Source of the DNA: Thermoanaerobaculia bacterium
GTDB lineage: Bacteria > Acidobacteriota > Thermoanaerobaculia > UBA5066
DNA length: 64,000 bases
NCBI GenBank assembly: GCA_963719225.1
Contig: CAVRAY010000002.1
Coordinates: forward strand, 390,077-454,076
Reading direction: 5' to 3'
Below, one piece after another: positions 27,472-37,299 of this stretch. The notes beneath the pieces were generated by a model, which made no database searches, was not told where the DNA came from, and saw only the letters and a program-made list of their open reading frames with translations. Both the position numbers and the translations under genes were made by a program. The stretch's first letter is position 1. Each line of letters starts with the position of its first letter.

Positions 27472-29406
27472 CTACTTCTCCGTGAAGCTCTTGAGGTCGA
27501 GCCGCTGCACGAGGTGGCGGCGGAACTCCTCGGGCGGAAGCGACGCGACCTGGCGGCCCTCGTGGTGCTCGATCGCGGCGAGCACCTTCTCCCAAAGGAA
27601 CTCGCGGCGGGCGATCTCGTCGAGGTCGCGCACCTTGCCGAACTCCTGGACGTACTTGTTGTGGCGGCAGAGCATGCGGAAAGCGTGCTCCGTGTTCGGC
27701 CTACGGACGGGAAGGCCGAGGATCCTCACGTCGTTGCCGACGTCGTGGATCGGCTGGCCCCACTCGCCGTATCCGCCGAAGATCGTGCCGAGCTTCTCGA
27801 GCGCGTTCGCGAGCTTCGGCTCGCCGCCCCTCTCGAGCGCCGTTTTCACGATCGGCAGCGTGATGTTGCGGAAGAGCGTGGGATCGGCGAGCCGCACGTT
27901 GATCCCGATCTCCTCGCGCGTGATGCGGGCGATGTCCTCGGACCGGATGCGGTTGTCCGTCGCGAGGTGGATCCGCTCGCCGATCGACGCCGGCACCGTG
28001 AGGGCCGCGAGGATGCCCTGGACGACCCTGTCCACGGGGACGAGGTTCAGCTCGGCCGACGCGTCGCCGGGAAAGCTCGACGCGATCGCGCCGATGAGCC
28101 AGGCCTTGCCGCGGCCCACCGCGTCCGCCTGCAGCGCGTCCATCGCCTCCTTGGAGCGTCCGAACGCGTTGATGGGCGCGTTCACGACTTTCGTGTCACC
28201 GCGGTTGTTTCCGGTCTTCGAGTGGCCGATGACGATCGAGGGCAGGAGCTGCGACACGCGGAGGCCCTTGTCGACGAGCGTGTAGTCGGTCTCCAGGGAC
28301 GCCATTGCCTTCGTGAGCTCGTAGAAGTTGTTGTAGAAGTTCCGCGGAAAAACCAGCGCCGACTCCTGGGCGGTCGTCTTCTTCTTCCGCCCGTGAATGT
28401 AGGACGTCTCGATCGCGATGTGCTGGATGAACTTCGAGCCCTTCGCCTGCTGGAGAGAGAGCGCGAACTGGAGCGCGTTGCGCGCGCCCTGCACGTTCGC
28501 GCGGAAGGAGTTCTCGTAAGAGTCGTCGAAGGAGACGCTCGCGGCGCAGTGCACGACGTGCGTGAGCGTCTTTCTCAGACGGGCGAGCTCCTTCGGCGCG
28601 ATGCCGAGTTCGGCCTTCTCGATGTCGCCGTCGACGAAGACGAACTTCCTGGCCTTGGCGCCGGAGATATGGAGGCGCCGGAGGAGAACGGCTCCACGCT
28701 GCGCCGGCGAGAGGATTCTCACGACCGCCTTCGTCTTCGGATCGCGAACCTTCTCGGGCCGCACGACGGACACGACGCGCTCGATGCGGCGGTCTCCCGC
28801 GGCCTGGGCGAGGAACTCCTTGCCGAGAAATCCGGTCGCGCCCGTCAGCAACACCTGCAGCCGCGGGCTTCGTCCGCGCGCGCGCAGGAGGACGCGGGCC
28901 TCCTTCTGGAGCTTCTCGATGCGTGCCTTGACCTCTTTCTCGGAAAGATGCGACGCCTCACGGAACTTGAAGAAGACGTCCCGGTCCGTGACCCCGATGA
29001 GGTTCTTCGCGCTCTTTTCCACGGCCTTGCTGCCCGTGGCCGATCCGATGGCCTCGGCGAGCTTGATCCCGAGAAGGTTCACTTTTCTCAGGCCGTCCTT
29101 CACGGCGTTCTCGTTGCCGGTCCACTGGATCAGGCGGCTCGCGAGATATTGGGCCGTGACGTCGATCGGATTCTTGTCGCGGTGCGCGTGGACGAGGAGG
29201 TCGTCCGGGTCGATCGGCCGGAGGACCTCCTTGCCGGTCGAAAAGCTCACTTTCGCGATGTAGCGCGACGGTGAACTCTCCCACAGCATTTCCCCCTTGG
29301 GGTTGATCGTCGGCGAGATCTCGCGGGGAGGCGTTCCGTCGGACCCGGGGCCCGGCGGGGCAGACTTTGTCTCGGGCATCGGCTCCTCCGAAAAGAGGAC
29401 GGTCAT
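27472..29406 (-). CDS. Thioester-reductase-domain (NAD_binding_4 / fatty acyl-CoA reductase-like SDR) protein with ~190-aa N-terminal extension of unknown function
   Basis: Rossmann motif 'VLLTGATGFLGKEFL'. 'YIHGRKK…YELTKAMASLE' is the SDR Yx3K catalytic context. Resembles terminal reductase domains of carboxylic acid reductases and NRPSs. Confidence 0.65.
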   Translation of the reverse strand: MTVLFSEEPMPETKSAPPGPGSDGTPPREISPTINPKGEMLWESSPSRYIAKVSFSTGKEVLRPIDPDDLLVHAHRDKNPIDVTAQYLASRLIQWTGNENAVKDGLRKVNLLGIKLAEAIGSATGSKAVEKSAKNLIGVTDRDVFFKFREASHLSEKEVKARIEKLQKEARVLLRARGRSPRLQVLLTGATGFLGKEFLAQAAGDRRIERVVSVVRPEKVRDPKTKAVVRILSPAQRGAVLLRRLHISGAKARKFVFVDGDIEKAELGIAPKELARLRKTLTHVVHCAASVSFDDSYENSFRANVQGARNALQFALSLQQAKGSKFIQHIAIETSYIHGRKKKTTAQESALVFPRNFYNNFYELTKAMASLETDYTLVDKGLRVSQLLPSIVIGHSKTGNNRGDTKVVNAPINAFGRSKEAMDALQADAVGRGKAWLIGAIASSFPGDASAELNLVPVDRVVQGILAALTVPASIGERIHLATDNRIRSEDIARITREEIGINVRLADPTLFRNITLPIVKTALERGGEPKLANALEKLGTIFGGYGEWGQPIHDVGNDVRILGLPVRRPNTEHAFRMLCRHNKYVQEFGKVRDLDEIARREFLWEKVLAAIEHHEGRQVASLPPEEFRRHLVQRLDLKSFTEK

Positions 29407-29424
29407 TGTAGTCCCCGAGGCGCG

Positions 29425-30150
29425 TCAACTCAGGGCTGCGACGAAGGCGGAAGCGGCGAGCGCGACCGCGAGGGCCGCGTCGTTTCCGGCCTCGAGGTAA
29501 AGCGTGGCCGAGGGATCGGTCACGACGGCGAGAGAGCCCGCGCGAACGAGCTTCGCCTCTTCGCCGTCCACGAGAGTGATCTTGCCGGAGAAGACGGCGA
29601 TCGCGCGAACGCCGCGGAACGCCCATCGCGCCGTGGGCGGGGGACCGAGGCGCAGAACGGCCAGGCCCGCCTCGGGCAACTGCGCGAGCGTTCGCATGCC
29701 CGTGATACCCGGAACCGCCCGTCCGCCGAGGTCGTCCCTCCTGATGTGGCGTCCGCCTTTGGGAGACGTTCTGCAAATTTCTTCGAGTGGAAGAGAGGGG
29801 GATGGGGCGCCGGGGGACGCCAAGGCCGCGAGAGCGGCAGCCGTCCAGACGAGGACGTCGCCGGCGGCGAACACGCCGCCACCCGTGAGCACGAGCAGCG
29901 CCCCTGAACGACGTTCTCCTTCCCCCTCTTCCCCTTCCAAGAAAAATCCACCGTATCCCTCGTCGAGACGCAGCAGGTTTTGAGCTGGCAAGTCTTCGAA
30001 CCTGTATACCGAAATGCCCGGCGCGTGCGCGGTCGGCGCCGGAGGCGGCACGGGGCCACGGCGCTCGTCGTCGGAAGGAATGTCCTTCGCGCGAGGGGGC
30101 GGCTCCTTCTCCTTCCTCGCGCTCCGCGCTTTGCCGAATGGCCAGTTCAC
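29425..30150 (-). CDS. Hypothetical protein (Pro/Gly-rich N-terminus; possible cupin/HutD-like fold)
   Basis: ORF with normal composition in an operonic position between the reductase and the LytTR regulator. No confident motif. Confidence 0.4.
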   Translation of the reverse strand: MNWPFGKARSARKEKEPPPRAKDIPSDDERRGPVPPPAPTAHAPGISVYRFEDLPAQNLLRLDEGYGGFFLEGEEGEGERRSGALLVLTGGGVFAAGDVLVWTAAALAALASPGAPSPSLPLEEICRTSPKGGRHIRRDDLGGRAVPGITGMRTLAQLPEAGLAVLRLGPPPTARWAFRGVRAIAVFSGKITLVDGEEAKLVRAGSLAVVTDPSATLYLEAGNDAALAVALAASAFVAALS

Positions 30151-30189
30151 TCGGGAACTCTAGCGCGGCGCCGCCGGAACGGTCGAGAG

Positions 30190-30942
30190 TCAGGAGCCGA
30201 GGCGGTCGTGGAGACGCTGCGCTCCGGTCCGGCTCACGGGAAGCCGCGTGCCGTCCAGGAGCACGGCCGTCGGCGCGCCCGTCCGGGACGGCTCGAGCCG
30301 GGCGAGGCGATCGAGATTCAGGAGGTACGACCGGTGGATCCTCACGAATCGCTCGTTGGGGAGTGCGTCCTCGAGGCTCGCGAGCGTCTGGTTCTTGAGA
30401 TGGTTTCGTCCCTCGGCGCGGAGGAGGACGTAGTCGTCCTCGGCTTTCACGTAATCGATCTTCGAAACGGGAAGGACCGTGACCGTGACACCGTCCTTCA
30501 CGACGACACGGGAAAGAGGGGCGCCCCGGGGAACGGAACGGTCGCCACCCGGGGCGCCGCCGGAGGCGAGCCGCGCGCGGGCGCGCGCGAGCGCCGTCTC
30601 GAATCGCGCACGGTCGAAAGGCTTGAGAAGGTAGTCCACGGCGTTCTCGTCGAACGCCTTCAGCGCGTACTGGTCGTACGCCGTGATGAAGATGACGGCG
30701 GGCCGGCCCGCGTCGTCGCGCTCGATGAGCTCGAGGACCTCGAAACCGTCGAGCTCGGGCATCTGGACGTCGAGAAAGAGGAGATCGGGCTTCTTCTCGG
30801 CGACGGCTTTCACGGCTTCGAAGCCATTCGCGCACTCGGCGAGGATCGTCACGTCCGCGTGCGCGGCGAGGAGCTGGCGCACGAGCGAGCGGGCGAGCTC
30901 CTCGTCATCCACGATCACGGCGCCGAGCGGGCGGGAGGCCAC
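30190..30942 (-). CDS. Two-component response regulator, LytTR family
   Basis: REC 'VIVDDEELARSL…LLFLDVQMPELDG'. C-terminal LytTR '…FVRIHRSYLLNLDRLARLE'. Confidence 0.9.
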   Translation of the reverse strand: MASRPLGAVIVDDEELARSLVRQLLAAHADVTILAECANGFEAVKAVAEKKPDLLFLDVQMPELDGFEVLELIERDDAGRPAVIFITAYDQYALKAFDENAVDYLLKPFDRARFETALARARARLASGGAPGGDRSVPRGAPLSRVVVKDGVTVTVLPVSKIDYVKAEDDYVLLRAEGRNHLKNQTLASLEDALPNERFVRIHRSYLLNLDRLARLEPSRTGAPTAVLLDGTRLPVSRTGAQRLHDRLGS

Positions 30943-30976
30943 GGAACGAATATATCCGGGACCTCCCGCCCGAGGA

Positions 30977-33025
30977 TCAGGCCGTCTTGCCGAATATGGC
31001 CGAGCGAACCTTCCTCTTCATGGCCTCGACCTCCGGGCCCGCGGGAGCGCCGGCTCCCTCGCCGTCGGCCTGGTTCGCGACGAACAGCGTGAGGAGCGCG
31101 TCGAGGACGTTGCCCGTCCGCGAGCCGTCCGCGCCGCCGCCGCTCACGACGACGCGCGGCACGATGTCGACCTTCGACTTCTCGATCGCCTCCGCGAAGC
31201 GCGACAGCACAGCCTGCGCGACCTGGTAGCGCGGTCCGCCGTAAGCGCGGACCTGCTCCTCGGCGGCGATCGCCTGCGCGACGCCCACACGAGCCGCCCG
31301 GTCCGCTTCGGCCTGACCGACGGCCTGGATGCGCGCGGCCTCGGCGTCCGCGAGGAGCCGGACCTTCTTCCCTTCGGCGTCCGCGAGCGCCTGGATCTGC
31401 GCGGCCTGCTGGAGCGAGCGCTGGTACTCCGCACGGCCCTGGTTGCCCTGTACGGTGATCGAGACCTCGGATTCCGTGAGGAGCGACTGTTGCTTCGCGC
31501 GCGCCTCCGCCTCTCTCAGCTCCCTCTCCTTCACGGCGGCCGTCTGCTGGCGCGTGTACGTCTCGACCTGCTCCTCTGCGACCTGCCGCGCGCGCAGCTG
31601 GTTCAGGATCTGCTCGATCGAGCTGCCCGGCGCTGCGCCCGGCGTTCCGATGAGCACTTCCTCGAGCTCGAGGTTGTAGCGCAGGAATTTCTCCTTCATC
31701 TCGAACGACGCCGCGTCCTGGATCGCGCTGCGGTCCTGGATGAGCTGGAGGAGCGTGCGCGTCTGGCCCACGTTCTTGAAGTACGCCGAGACCATCGGGT
31801 CGAGCGTCTGCTCGACGAGCCGTTTGATGTCGCCGAAGCGCTGGATGACGAGCGGCGCCTTGCGGTAGTCGATGTGGATGACGACGGAGAGCGGCAGCGT
31901 CGGCTCGAAGGCGTCCTTCGTGATGAGCCCGATCTCCGAGAGGTTCTCGTCGAGGCGGTGCGAGCCCGTCTCGGTCTTGATCCACTTCAGGATGATGTTC
32001 GTCGTCGGGACGGTGACGACGCGCCCGGCATACGTGTTGAACGCGTACTTGCCCGGGCCCAGGGGGATGCTCCACACGCCGCGGCAGCCGGCCGACACGG
32101 TCTCGCCGTGCGCGTACTCCGGTCCCGAGAGGTCCTCGCCCGCGCGGCCGGTGTACGACACGACGACGCCGACGGATCCGACCTCGACGACGGTCTTCGG
32201 GATCATCTCCACCGTCGCGAAGAGGCGGTTCAGGATGTACGTGCCCTCCACGAGCACCTGGAGCTGGCGGCCGCGCAGGCCGCCGGCGGCGAGGAAGCGC
32301 TCCGGGTCCTGGAACTTGTTGTGGTACGTGGCGCCCTCTCCGGGGTCGTCGCCGAGGACGGGCGCGATGATCTCCCCCTCCGGCAGCGACGGGCCGTCGT
32401 GCACCGTGACGATGCCGACGAGGTCGTCCGTGCCCTTGATGACGACGGGCGTGAAGCCCTGGCGCTCGGCGATGAGCTGCGCCATGCGGCGGAGGAGCTC
32501 CTCGTCCTGCCGGTCGAGGGGCAGATGGAGAACTCCCGACTCCGTGATGACCGCGAAAAGCGCGAGGTTGATCGCCCACGTGCCCTCGCGGAGGACCATC
32601 CGCTGCGGGCCGCGTTGCCCGCCGCCCAGAAGGAACGCCGACGCATCCTGGAAGTCCGGAGCCTTTCCCAGGGCGGCGAGCGTCTGCGTCGGAAGAAGCG
32701 GCGCCCCGTCGCGCGCGAAGACGTAGCCGAGCTTCCCCTGCGGGATGGTCACGAGCGGGACGCGGTGGACGCGGTGCGAGAGGCGTGACAGCACGTGCCA
32801 GCCGCCGCGCAGGAGGTGCGGCTGGTATCCGGCCTCGCCTCTCAGCGCGATGAGGCCGGTCTTGACGGAGCCCTTGCCGCTCACGAGCTTCTCCACGATT
32901 CCGACCCGGTTATTCGGGATGTATCGCAGGAAGAGCGTGAACGCGAGCGCGCCGAGAGCGCCTGCGAGAACGAGCAGACTGAGGACGAGATGAGCCGACA
33001 CGAAGAGCCACAGAAGCTTCAACAC
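30977..33025 (-). CDS. Flotillin-like SPFH/band-7 family protein (YqiK/FloT-type)
   Basis: N-terminal TM helix, then an SPFH domain. Long C-terminal coiled-coil with flotillin-type A/E-rich repeats (…AEARAKQQSLLTESEVSI…ADAEAARIQAVGQAEADRAARVGVAQAIAAEEQ…). Confidence 0.75.
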   Translation of the reverse strand: MLKLLWLFVSAHLVLSLLVLAGALGALAFTLFLRYIPNNRVGIVEKLVSGKGSVKTGLIALRGEAGYQPHLLRGGWHVLSRLSHRVHRVPLVTIPQGKLGYVFARDGAPLLPTQTLAALGKAPDFQDASAFLLGGGQRGPQRMVLREGTWAINLALFAVITESGVLHLPLDRQDEELLRRMAQLIAERQGFTPVVIKGTDDLVGIVTVHDGPSLPEGEIIAPVLGDDPGEGATYHNKFQDPERFLAAGGLRGRQLQVLVEGTYILNRLFATVEMIPKTVVEVGSVGVVVSYTGRAGEDLSGPEYAHGETVSAGCRGVWSIPLGPGKYAFNTYAGRVVTVPTTNIILKWIKTETGSHRLDENLSEIGLITKDAFEPTLPLSVVIHIDYRKAPLVIQRFGDIKRLVEQTLDPMVSAYFKNVGQTRTLLQLIQDRSAIQDAASFEMKEKFLRYNLELEEVLIGTPGAAPGSSIEQILNQLRARQVAEEQVETYTRQQTAAVKERELREAEARAKQQSLLTESEVSITVQGNQGRAEYQRSLQQAAQIQALADAEGKKVRLLADAEAARIQAVGQAEADRAARVGVAQAIAAEEQVRAYGGPRYQVAQAVLSRFAEAIEKSKVDIVPRVVVSGGGADGSRTGNVLDALLTLFVANQADGEGAGAPAGPEVEAMKRKVRSAIFGKTA

Positions 33026-33131
33026 GGGGCTTCCTCCGGGACCGTGCGGGTGACGGGCCGCTCAGAGGGCGGAGCCGCGCCGCGCGTTCCCTTTTCGACG
33101 GATGGAAAACGCCCTTGCGGGAAGCCGTCAG

Positions 33132-34474
33132 GCCCTAGCAGGCTGCTGAAGAAAGGGCTCTTTTTCAAAGGAGCTTGAGCGGGAGAAGACACGTCAAGCT
33201 GAAAGAGGGGATTGCTTCGAGAGAGTGAGTCCGTGCTGCTCGCCTTTTTCGGCCCGCTTCGGTCGCACCGAGGGGCGCTTCAGGGGGAATCAGGCGGTCG
33301 AGGACTCCATTCGCGCCATTCGGACGAGGTTGTAGGCCGTCATCACGCTGAGGACGTGAGCCGCCACGCGGGCGAGTCCTCGGAAGCGCGTCTTGGCCAG
33401 GCCTCCGATGGTCTTACTCCAGCCGAAGATTTCTTCGACGCGCTTCCTGATTCGCTGGCTCACGGCGTAGCCCGCGTGTCTCGTCGTCCTTCGGTCGATG
33501 GCGCTGCGCCTGTTGGTGGTGTTCTGGGCCACGTGGGGCGTGACGCCTCTCTCTCGGAGCCTTTCGATGAAATCCCTCGTGTCGTAGCCCTTGTCGCCGG
33601 CCAGCGTGATGCGCTTGTCCGAGCCCAGCTCGTCGACCATGCCCAGTGCGGCCGACCTCTCCCCGTAGCCGTCGGCCGTCGTTACGCGCGCCTTCACGCA
33701 CAGTCCGTTTCTGTTCTCCATCAAGACGTGGCCGAGGTAGCACAGCTGCGAAGGCTGGCCGTCTCCCTTCTTGTAGAGCTTGGCGTCGGGATCGGTCGTC
33801 GAGGCGTGCGTGTCGTTGCGCCTCTTCTGGCCGCGAAAGTCGACATCGGCGTTGCGGCCGCCAGGAGCTGGCGGCTCATCGCCGCCCTTACCGTCCTTGT
33901 CCTTCCGGGGCTGGAAGCTCTTCAAGGAGGCGTTCGCTTCGATCAGCGTGCCGTCCACGGTGAAGTGCTCGTCCGAGAGAAGAAACTTCTTGCGGGCCTG
34001 TGCGACGACTTCCGAGAAGAACTCCTCGAAGACCTCGGCCTCCAACAGTCTCTGGCGGTTCTTCGAGAAGGTCGTCGGATCGAAGGCCGGTGCAAGCCCC
34101 GGCATGTCCAGGAACCAGCGGAAGAGAAAGTCGTACCCGAGCCGCTCGCAGAAGAGCCGCTCGCTTCTCACGCTGTACAGCGCGATGAGGATCTGCGCCT
34201 TGAGAAGCATCTCGGGCGGAATCGATGGACGCCCTCGCTCCGAGTACAGCCTGGCGAGCTTGGGCTCGAGACGCCTGAGCGCTTCGTCTGCAAGCGCCTT
34301 CACCTTGCGGATCGGGTGGTCCCGCGGCACGAGCTCCTCGGGCGTCATCGTCACGACAAGATCGACCTGCTTTTCGTTGTCTCCACGCATGCACATCAAG
34401 GTGCAGCCGCATCGCGCAGCAGTCAATGCCTCGCCGCGATTTTCAGGAGCCCTTTTTCAGCAGCCTGCTAGGGC
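33132..34474 (-). mobile_element. IS5-family insertion sequence (~1.34 kb) with ~28-bp terminal inverted repeats
   Basis: Left end GCCCTAGCAGGCTGCTGAAGAAAGGGCTC (33132-). Reverse complement of right end GCCCTAGCAGGCTGCTGAAAAAGGGCTC (-34474). They bracket a single transposase ORF. Confidence 0.75.
33290..34426 (-). CDS. IS5-family DDE transposase (InsH-type N-terminal domain + DDE_Tnp_1)
   Basis: 'RPSIPPEMLLKAQILIALYSVRSERLFCERLGYDFLFRWFLDM' is the DUF772 N-terminal domain. DDE region '…YLGHVLMENRNGLCV…LAGDKGYDTRDFIERL…'. The real start may be an internal Met. Confidence 0.75.
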   Translation of the reverse strand: MTAARCGCTLMCMRGDNEKQVDLVVTMTPEELVPRDHPIRKVKALADEALRRLEPKLARLYSERGRPSIPPEMLLKAQILIALYSVRSERLFCERLGYDFLFRWFLDMPGLAPAFDPTTFSKNRQRLLEAEVFEEFFSEVVAQARKKFLLSDEHFTVDGTLIEANASLKSFQPRKDKDGKGGDEPPAPGGRNADVDFRGQKRRNDTHASTTDPDAKLYKKGDGQPSQLCYLGHVLMENRNGLCVKARVTTADGYGERSAALGMVDELGSDKRITLAGDKGYDTRDFIERLRERGVTPHVAQNTTNRRSAIDRRTTRHAGYAVSQRIRKRVEEIFGWSKTIGGLAKTRFRGLARVAAHVLSVMTAYNLVRMARMESSTA

Positions 34475-34610
34475 GTTTCGTTGCGTGACATGTGAGCCAC
34501 CGATCCCAATGTGCTTCCGGAGGTGCCGTTCGTCAAGCCGTCTCTCGGCACGACTGATGCACATCGAGCCTGTACCGGGAATCACAAGTGCCAGCGACTG
34601 GCACGAGATT

Positions 34611-35666
34611 TCAAGCTTCGGCAGGAACCTCGATCTCGACCCGGAAGAGCCCGTCGTGAAGGCGGGAGCCGACGTATCCAGCGTCGCCCCAGCACGCGGC
34701 GACGCGCCGCTTCACGTTCGCGAGGCCGAGCCCCGTGCCCGCGGGCCTTTCCGCTCCGGCGTCCGCGGGGTTCTCGACCACGATGGAGATGCGGCCGCCC
34801 GAGCGCTTCGTCACGAGCGACAGGACGCCGCCCTCGAGGCGCGCCGCGATGCCGTGCTTGACCGCGTTCTCGAAGAGAGGCTGCAGGAGAAGAGGGGGGA
34901 CCTCCACGTCGAGCGTGGACGCGTCGACGTTCTCGGCCACCGTGAGCCGGTCGCCGAAGCGCACGCGTTCGACGGCAAGATAGCGGTGCGCGAGCGCGAG
35001 CTCTTCGCGAAGGGAAATCGAGGTGCGTTCCGACATGCCGAGCGTCGTCCTCAGGAAGTCCGAGAGGAGCGCGCACATCGAGCGCGCCTCCTCCGGGCGC
35101 TCGGCGACGAGCGCGGCGATCGAGTTCAGGCTGTTGAAGAGGAAATGCGGGTTCAGGCGCTCGCGGAGCGCCTGAAGCTCGGCCTCGCGGGCCAGGGTCT
35201 TCAGGTCCGCGGCGCGCCGCTCCTCGACGTGCACTTTCTCCGCCGCGTCGAGCACGTAGTGCATCGCGAGGACGAGGAGGTAGAGAAGGACACCGAGGAG
35301 GAAGACGACCGGGCCTGCCCGCGCGAGGCGGTCGGGGAGCGTCTCGAAGGCGGGCAGGAGCGCGAGCGCCCAGGCGAGCGTCGTGCCGCAGAGAAGCCAC
35401 AAGGAGGCCGCGACGAGGGAGGCGACCGCGAGCGCCGACGCAGTCGCGAGGAGCCGGGCCGAGTCGACCGGAAAAGCGCGGCAGAGGTACCAGGAAGACA
35501 GGCACAGGAACGCGTAGAGGAGCGCGAGGGGGAGGGAAAGAGCCGCCGCCTCCAGGAGCGAAAGACCGCCGGCCAGAACGAGAAGGCCACCAAGGATCGC
35601 GGCCAGGGGAATCCACGCGAGGAGGTAGACGCCGAGTCGCCCGGACTGCGTGAAGAAGGGGTGCAC
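34611..35666 (-). CDS. Sensor histidine kinase, LytS/YehU family
   Basis: Six TM helices. 'LNPHFLFNSLNSIAALV' H-box. HATPase_c 'GTGLGLANVKRRV'. Confidence 0.8.
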   Translation of the reverse strand: MHPFFTQSGRLGVYLLAWIPLAAILGGLLVLAGGLSLLEAAALSLPLALLYAFLCLSSWYLCRAFPVDSARLLATASALAVASLVAASLWLLCGTTLAWALALLPAFETLPDRLARAGPVVFLLGVLLYLLVLAMHYVLDAAEKVHVEERRAADLKTLAREAELQALRERLNPHFLFNSLNSIAALVAERPEEARSMCALLSDFLRTTLGMSERTSISLREELALAHRYLAVERVRFGDRLTVAENVDASTLDVEVPPLLLQPLFENAVKHGIAARLEGGVLSLVTKRSGGRISIVVENPADAGAERPAGTGLGLANVKRRVAACWGDAGYVGSRLHDGLFRVEIEVPAEA

Positions 35667-35678
35667 GACGCGCGCCCC

Positions 35679-36389
35679 TTAGTTCTTGATGCCGAGGCCG
35701 CCGAAGAGGATGAAGCCGGTGACGAGGAGCTCTTTTTGGGGAGTGCCGGGCGCGGCCGCGAAGTGGCGGCTCTTGTCGTCGGTGCCCCCGAAGATCGGGA
35801 CGACCTTCAGGATCACGTTCCAGTCCCCGGGGACGCGCAGCTCGCCGCCTCCGCAGAAGCAGAAGACGTCGATCGTCGCGCGGTCTCCCGCCATCTTCGA
35901 TTCTCGGAGGTCGATGTTGAAGCCGCCGAAAACCGCGTTCGCCTGACCTCCCTGGAAGTTGGACGCCACGAACCGGCGCTCGCCGCCGCCGAAGACGGCC
36001 CACTCGTTCAGGGTGCCGCCGGGATTCGTCGACGCGTCCCAGGTCCGCGCTCCCGGACGATGTGCGAACAGGATCCTCAGGCCGATGAGCACGAAGATGA
36101 GCGGAAAGAGATAGCGCAGGTGAAAATGAAGGAGGCCGAAGGTGCGCAGCAGGAAGAGCGTGCCCAGGCCGACGAGAATCGTCCCGGCGAAGAAAGAGCG
36201 GTTCGCGAACTTCGCCAGGCCCAGGGCGACGAGGACGAGCGGCCAGAACCTCCAGAGCTCTGAAACGTCCACGAGGCCGAAGTTGTCGAGGGTGAAGAGG
36301 ATTCCGCCCGCGATGAGCGCGAGGCCGATGACGAGCCGGGACATGGTGTCGTGGCGAGGGCTGGTGTCTTTGACGATTCTTGCTTCCAT
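35679..36389 (-). CDS. LiaF-like (DUF2154 'toastrack') membrane protein, putative kinase-associated regulator
   Basis: Real start MEARIVKD at ~36389 with RBS gggaga; the tabulated 498-aa ORF has an antisense-artefact N-terminus. Four TM helices. C-terminal 'GDRATIDVFCFCGGGELRVPGDWNVILKVVPIFGGTDDK' resembles the LiaF/YvqF C-terminal beta-repeat domain. Confidence 0.6.
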   Translation of the reverse strand: MEARIVKDTSPRHDTMSRLVIGLALIAGGILFTLDNFGLVDVSELWRFWPLVLVALGLAKFANRSFFAGTILVGLGTLFLLRTFGLLHFHLRYLFPLIFVLIGLRILFAHRPGARTWDASTNPGGTLNEWAVFGGGERRFVASNFQGGQANAVFGGFNIDLRESKMAGDRATIDVFCFCGGGELRVPGDWNVILKVVPIFGGTDDKSRHFAAAPGTPQKELLVTGFILFGGLGIKN

Positions 36390-36500
36390 GACGAGTCTCC
36401 CGATTGGAAGATACGGCCTCGAAGCCGGTTCTTCCCTCCCGATTCGGCGAACCGACTTCCGGCACCGGCGAACGGCGGGATCGGGACAGCCGAGAGTAGG

Positions 36501-37292
36501 ATGCGGGCCGTGAGGGCCCGGCGGCGAAGCGCGAGAGCGCCGGCTTTGGCGGTCGTCTTTCTTCTCGGGTGTGCCCAAAGCGCGGCCGCCCAGGGATTCT
36601 TCGCCGGCCTGTCCGCGAAAGGCTACGTGAGGGGCGACGTCTCCCTCGACGTGCTGAACGCCGGCGACCAGAAGAGACCCGTCGCGCGCATCCGCTGGGT
36701 GAGGCTCGTTCTCGATCCCGGGACGCGCGACGTCGCGTTCGAGTACTGGCCGGAGCGCGAGATGCTCCTCGTGGAGCACGCGTCCGGCGAGCGTCTCGTG
36801 TTCGAGAGGATCCTGAAGCTGCCTGCGGCCGCCGATCCGGCGGCGCTCCGGCCGCGCGGCCGCATTGGTGTCTCCGGCGGATTCGTCGAGACGTTCGCGC
36901 GGGCAGGCCCTCGCGCGGGAGCAGCGGCGGCGTGCGCCGGTCTGGACGGCCTCCTCCGGACGGGAAACACGGATCTGTCGTTCGCGATCGCCGACCTCGC
37001 CGCGCCGACCGTGAGGCTGGGCATCGCGCAGGCGGTCGATGCCGCTCTCTCGCCGCGCGCGCGGGAGCTCGTCGCGAACACGATTCCGATCCTCTATGCC
37101 GCCCGGACGCAGGGCCTTCCGGTGGAAACGCTCGAGCTCCTCGACGTCTTCTTCCCGGGACGCGAATTCGCGCACGAAGCGCGCGGCCTTACGTTCCGCC
37201 CCTCCGGGGCGTCGCCCCTGAACCCGTCAGAGGGGGCGTGGCGCGTCGTGACCGAGCCGCCCGAGATGCTCCCCGGAGTCCCGCTTTCCTGA
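36501..37292 (+). CDS. Hypothetical secreted protein or lipoprotein
   Basis: ATG at ~36501 gives 'MRAVRARRRSARAPALAVVFLLGCAQSAAAQG', a signal peptide with a possible LLGC lipobox. Divergent from the LiaF-like gene. Confidence 0.45.
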   Translation: MRAVRARRRSARAPALAVVFLLGCAQSAAAQGFFAGLSAKGYVRGDVSLDVLNAGDQKRPVARIRWVRLVLDPGTRDVAFEYWPEREMLLVEHASGERLVFERILKLPAAADPAALRPRGRIGVSGGFVETFARAGPRAGAAAACAGLDGLLRTGNTDLSFAIADLAAPTVRLGIAQAVDAALSPRARELVANTIPILYAARTQGLPVETLELLDVFFPGREFAHEARGLTFRPSGASPLNPSEGAWRVVTEPPEMLPGVPLS

Positions 37293-37299
37293 GGCGCGC

